Below are positions 63,999-64,000 of a stretch of 64,000 bases of DNA, one piece after another. Made by a program: the position numbers and the translations under genes. The notes beneath the pieces were generated by a model. That model had not been told where the DNA came from. It ran no database searches and was given only the letters and a program-made list of their open reading frames with translations. How positions within the stretch are numbered: the first letter of the stretch is position 1; every line of letters begins with the position of its first letter. Source of the stretch: a virus (Duplodnaviria; Caudoviricetes); IMG/VR virus record IMGVR_UViG_3300042905_005059, positions 1 through 64,000 of that record. One strand, given 5' to 3'.

Positions 63999-64000
63999 AT

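Noticed and set aside
1-64000. Stop-codon reassignment (only 1 of 40 genes ends in TAG, at 58640)
   Set aside because: Genes up to 9.5 kb are uninterrupted in the standard code, TAG is normally rare in AT-rich genomes, and the split genes change frame, so readthrough would not fuse them.
1-64000. tRNA or other structured RNA genes
   Set aside because: Largest intergenic gaps are under 80 nt and show no cloverleaf or T-loop (GTTCGA) signature; a covariance-model scan was not possible.

Overview
AT-rich, almost gap-free segment of a large tailed bacteriophage genome (Caudoviricetes-like); 40 genes in two convergent blocks. The + strand (1-38157) is a virion tail block: a 5'-truncated >2650 aa tape-measure-like protein with nine dispersed (G)G-F/Y-I/V-P-N-F motifs and a Gly-rich tandem repeat, then ten tightly coupled structural-looking genes (191-3175 aa) that I cannot assign to classical tail/baseplate families, then a small Cys-rich gene. 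The - strand (38158-64000) carries replication/recombination genes (DnaE polymerase split into three adjacent genes: degenerate PHP, DEDDh exonuclease, catalytic core; primase; DnaB; RecA; RecB-like nuclease; putative annealase; class II ribonucleotide reductase) interleaved with a large glycan-building set (Gmd, ColD-like 3-dehydratase, about 12 glycosyltransferase ORFs of GT4/GT9/GT17/GT-A type). Best leads: (1) a Whirly-like ssDNA-binding protein with an acidic tail next to the split polymerase; (2) the glycosylation system, with GT9 enzymes split twice at the same point and candidate Ser/Thr-Gly-rich virion acceptors; (3) the three-gene Pol III; (4) sigma70-type promoters positioned for leaderless mRNAs. 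All family calls are from motif recognition by eye; no searches were run. No tRNA, rRNA, CRISPR array, intein or mobile element was seen.
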